Source of the DNA: Candidatus Limivicinus sp.
Lineage (GTDB): Bacteria > Bacillota > Clostridia > Oscillospirales > Oscillospiraceae
Assembly (NCBI GenBank): GCA_045599525.1
Contig: JAZRWD010000032.1
Location: 1,633-65,632, forward strand
DNA: 64,000 nt
Direction: 5' to 3'
Below are positions 63,588 through 64,000 of this stretch, in pieces (position 1 is the first letter of the stretch; each line of letters starts with the position of its first letter). The translations under genes were made by a program, and so were the position numbers. The notes under the pieces are model-generated. The model was given only the letters and a program-made list of their open reading frames with translations. It ran no database searches and was not told where the DNA came from.

Positions 63588-64000
63588 ATGATCAACCCAA
63601 GCTATAAAGCGCTGCTGAACGGCAAATCCATCATCCGTGTGCTAAGCGAGACCGCTGTCGCCAGAGGCAAAGAAATCGGTTACGAAAATGTCTTCGACTT
63701 CACCCTCGGTAATCCCAGTCTCCCCACCACCGAAACCTACACAAATGCAATGATTCGCCTGCATCAGGAAATGGCTCCCGAAGTCCTGCACGGCTACAGC
63801 CAGTCCATGGGTATTTATGAGGTCCGCGAAACTGTCGCACAGAGTCTGAACCGTCGCTTCGGTATGGATTACGAAGCAAAGCACATCTTTATGACCAACG
63901 GCTGTGCCTCTGCCCTGGCTCACGCCATCCGTGCCGTCACCGTTCCCGGCGAAGAGGTTCTTGTCTTTGCTCCTTTCTTTGTGGAATATAAGCCGTATGT
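63588..64000 (+). CDS. Class I/II PLP-dependent aminotransferase, N-terminal 137 codons; runs off the right edge of the window
   Basis: My own translation from the ATG at 63588 (AAAGGAG upstream) reads MINPSYKALLNGKSIIRVLSETAVARGKEIGYENVFDFTLGNPSLP...YSQSMGIYEVRETVAQSL...FMTNGCASAL. It is open to the end of the window. Confidence 0.8.
   Translation, partial: MINPSYKALLNGKSIIRVLSETAVARGKEIGYENVFDFTLGNPSLPTTETYTNAMIRLHQEMAPEVLHGYSQSMGIYEVRETVAQSLNRRFGMDYEAKHIFMTNGCASALAHAIRAVTVPGEEVLVFAPFFVEYKPY

Noticed and set aside
1-64000. Search for CRISPR arrays, IS elements, integrases, prophage or toxin-antitoxin/defence cassettes
   Set aside because: I found no regularly spaced repeats, no transposase, recombinase, nuclease or helicase-type ORFs, and no terminal inverted repeats. 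All intergenic regions are accounted for by promoters, terminators and leaders.

Overview
This is a chromosomal, mostly housekeeping segment that looks like a spore-forming Firmicute of the Clostridia. The clues are the ytfI/ytfJ sporulation pair, an IspH-S1 fusion gene, a type III glutamine synthetase and a Na+-pumping oxaloacetate decarboxylase. All family assignments come from motif recognition by eye, because no searches could be run.

I count about 58 protein genes, two of them cut by the window edges, and one tRNA-Pro(GGG). From base 1 to about 46.7 kb nearly every gene is on the minus strand, and after that the orientation is mixed. I saw no rRNA, CRISPR array, transposase, integrase or phage genes.

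Core blocks:
- A second type IIA topoisomerase pair
- malQ, an alanine/glycine:cation symporter (AGCS), and glnN
- rluB, an HI0933-like flavoprotein, cmk and ispH-rpsA
- ytfJ, ytfI, scpB, scpA and an M50 protease
- oadA, oadG, a biotin carrier and oadB
- engB, lon, clpX, clpP and tig
- queT
- lepB, ylqF, rnhB and yraN
- def
- csoR and copA
- plsC

Less ordinary content, most interesting first:
1. An intact but catalytically degenerate P1B-type ATPase homologue (12848-16102) with a ~450-aa acidic disordered N-terminus. Its stop is 2 nt from a HAD-IB phosphatase gene.
2. A five-gene surface-glycan modification cassette (41183-46713): PIG-L deacetylase, PLP decarboxylase, ATP-grasp ligase, O-antigen-ligase-like membrane protein and a GT2 glycosyltransferase.
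3. A consensus promoter followed at once by a terminator-shaped hairpin in the glnN leader.
4. An in-frame Shine-Dalgarno (SD) plus ATG in front of the C-terminal metal-binding domain of copA.
5. Several unusual fusions or truncations: SseB-like + M18 aminopeptidase, MazG + an unknown domain, a pyruvate kinase lacking its C-domain, and an HPt-like protein without the His but with an AT-hook.
6. Structured 5' leaders upstream of queT and of a terminal aminotransferase gene.

Nothing here is a recognisable defence or mobile system. The novelty claims are hypotheses that need database checks.
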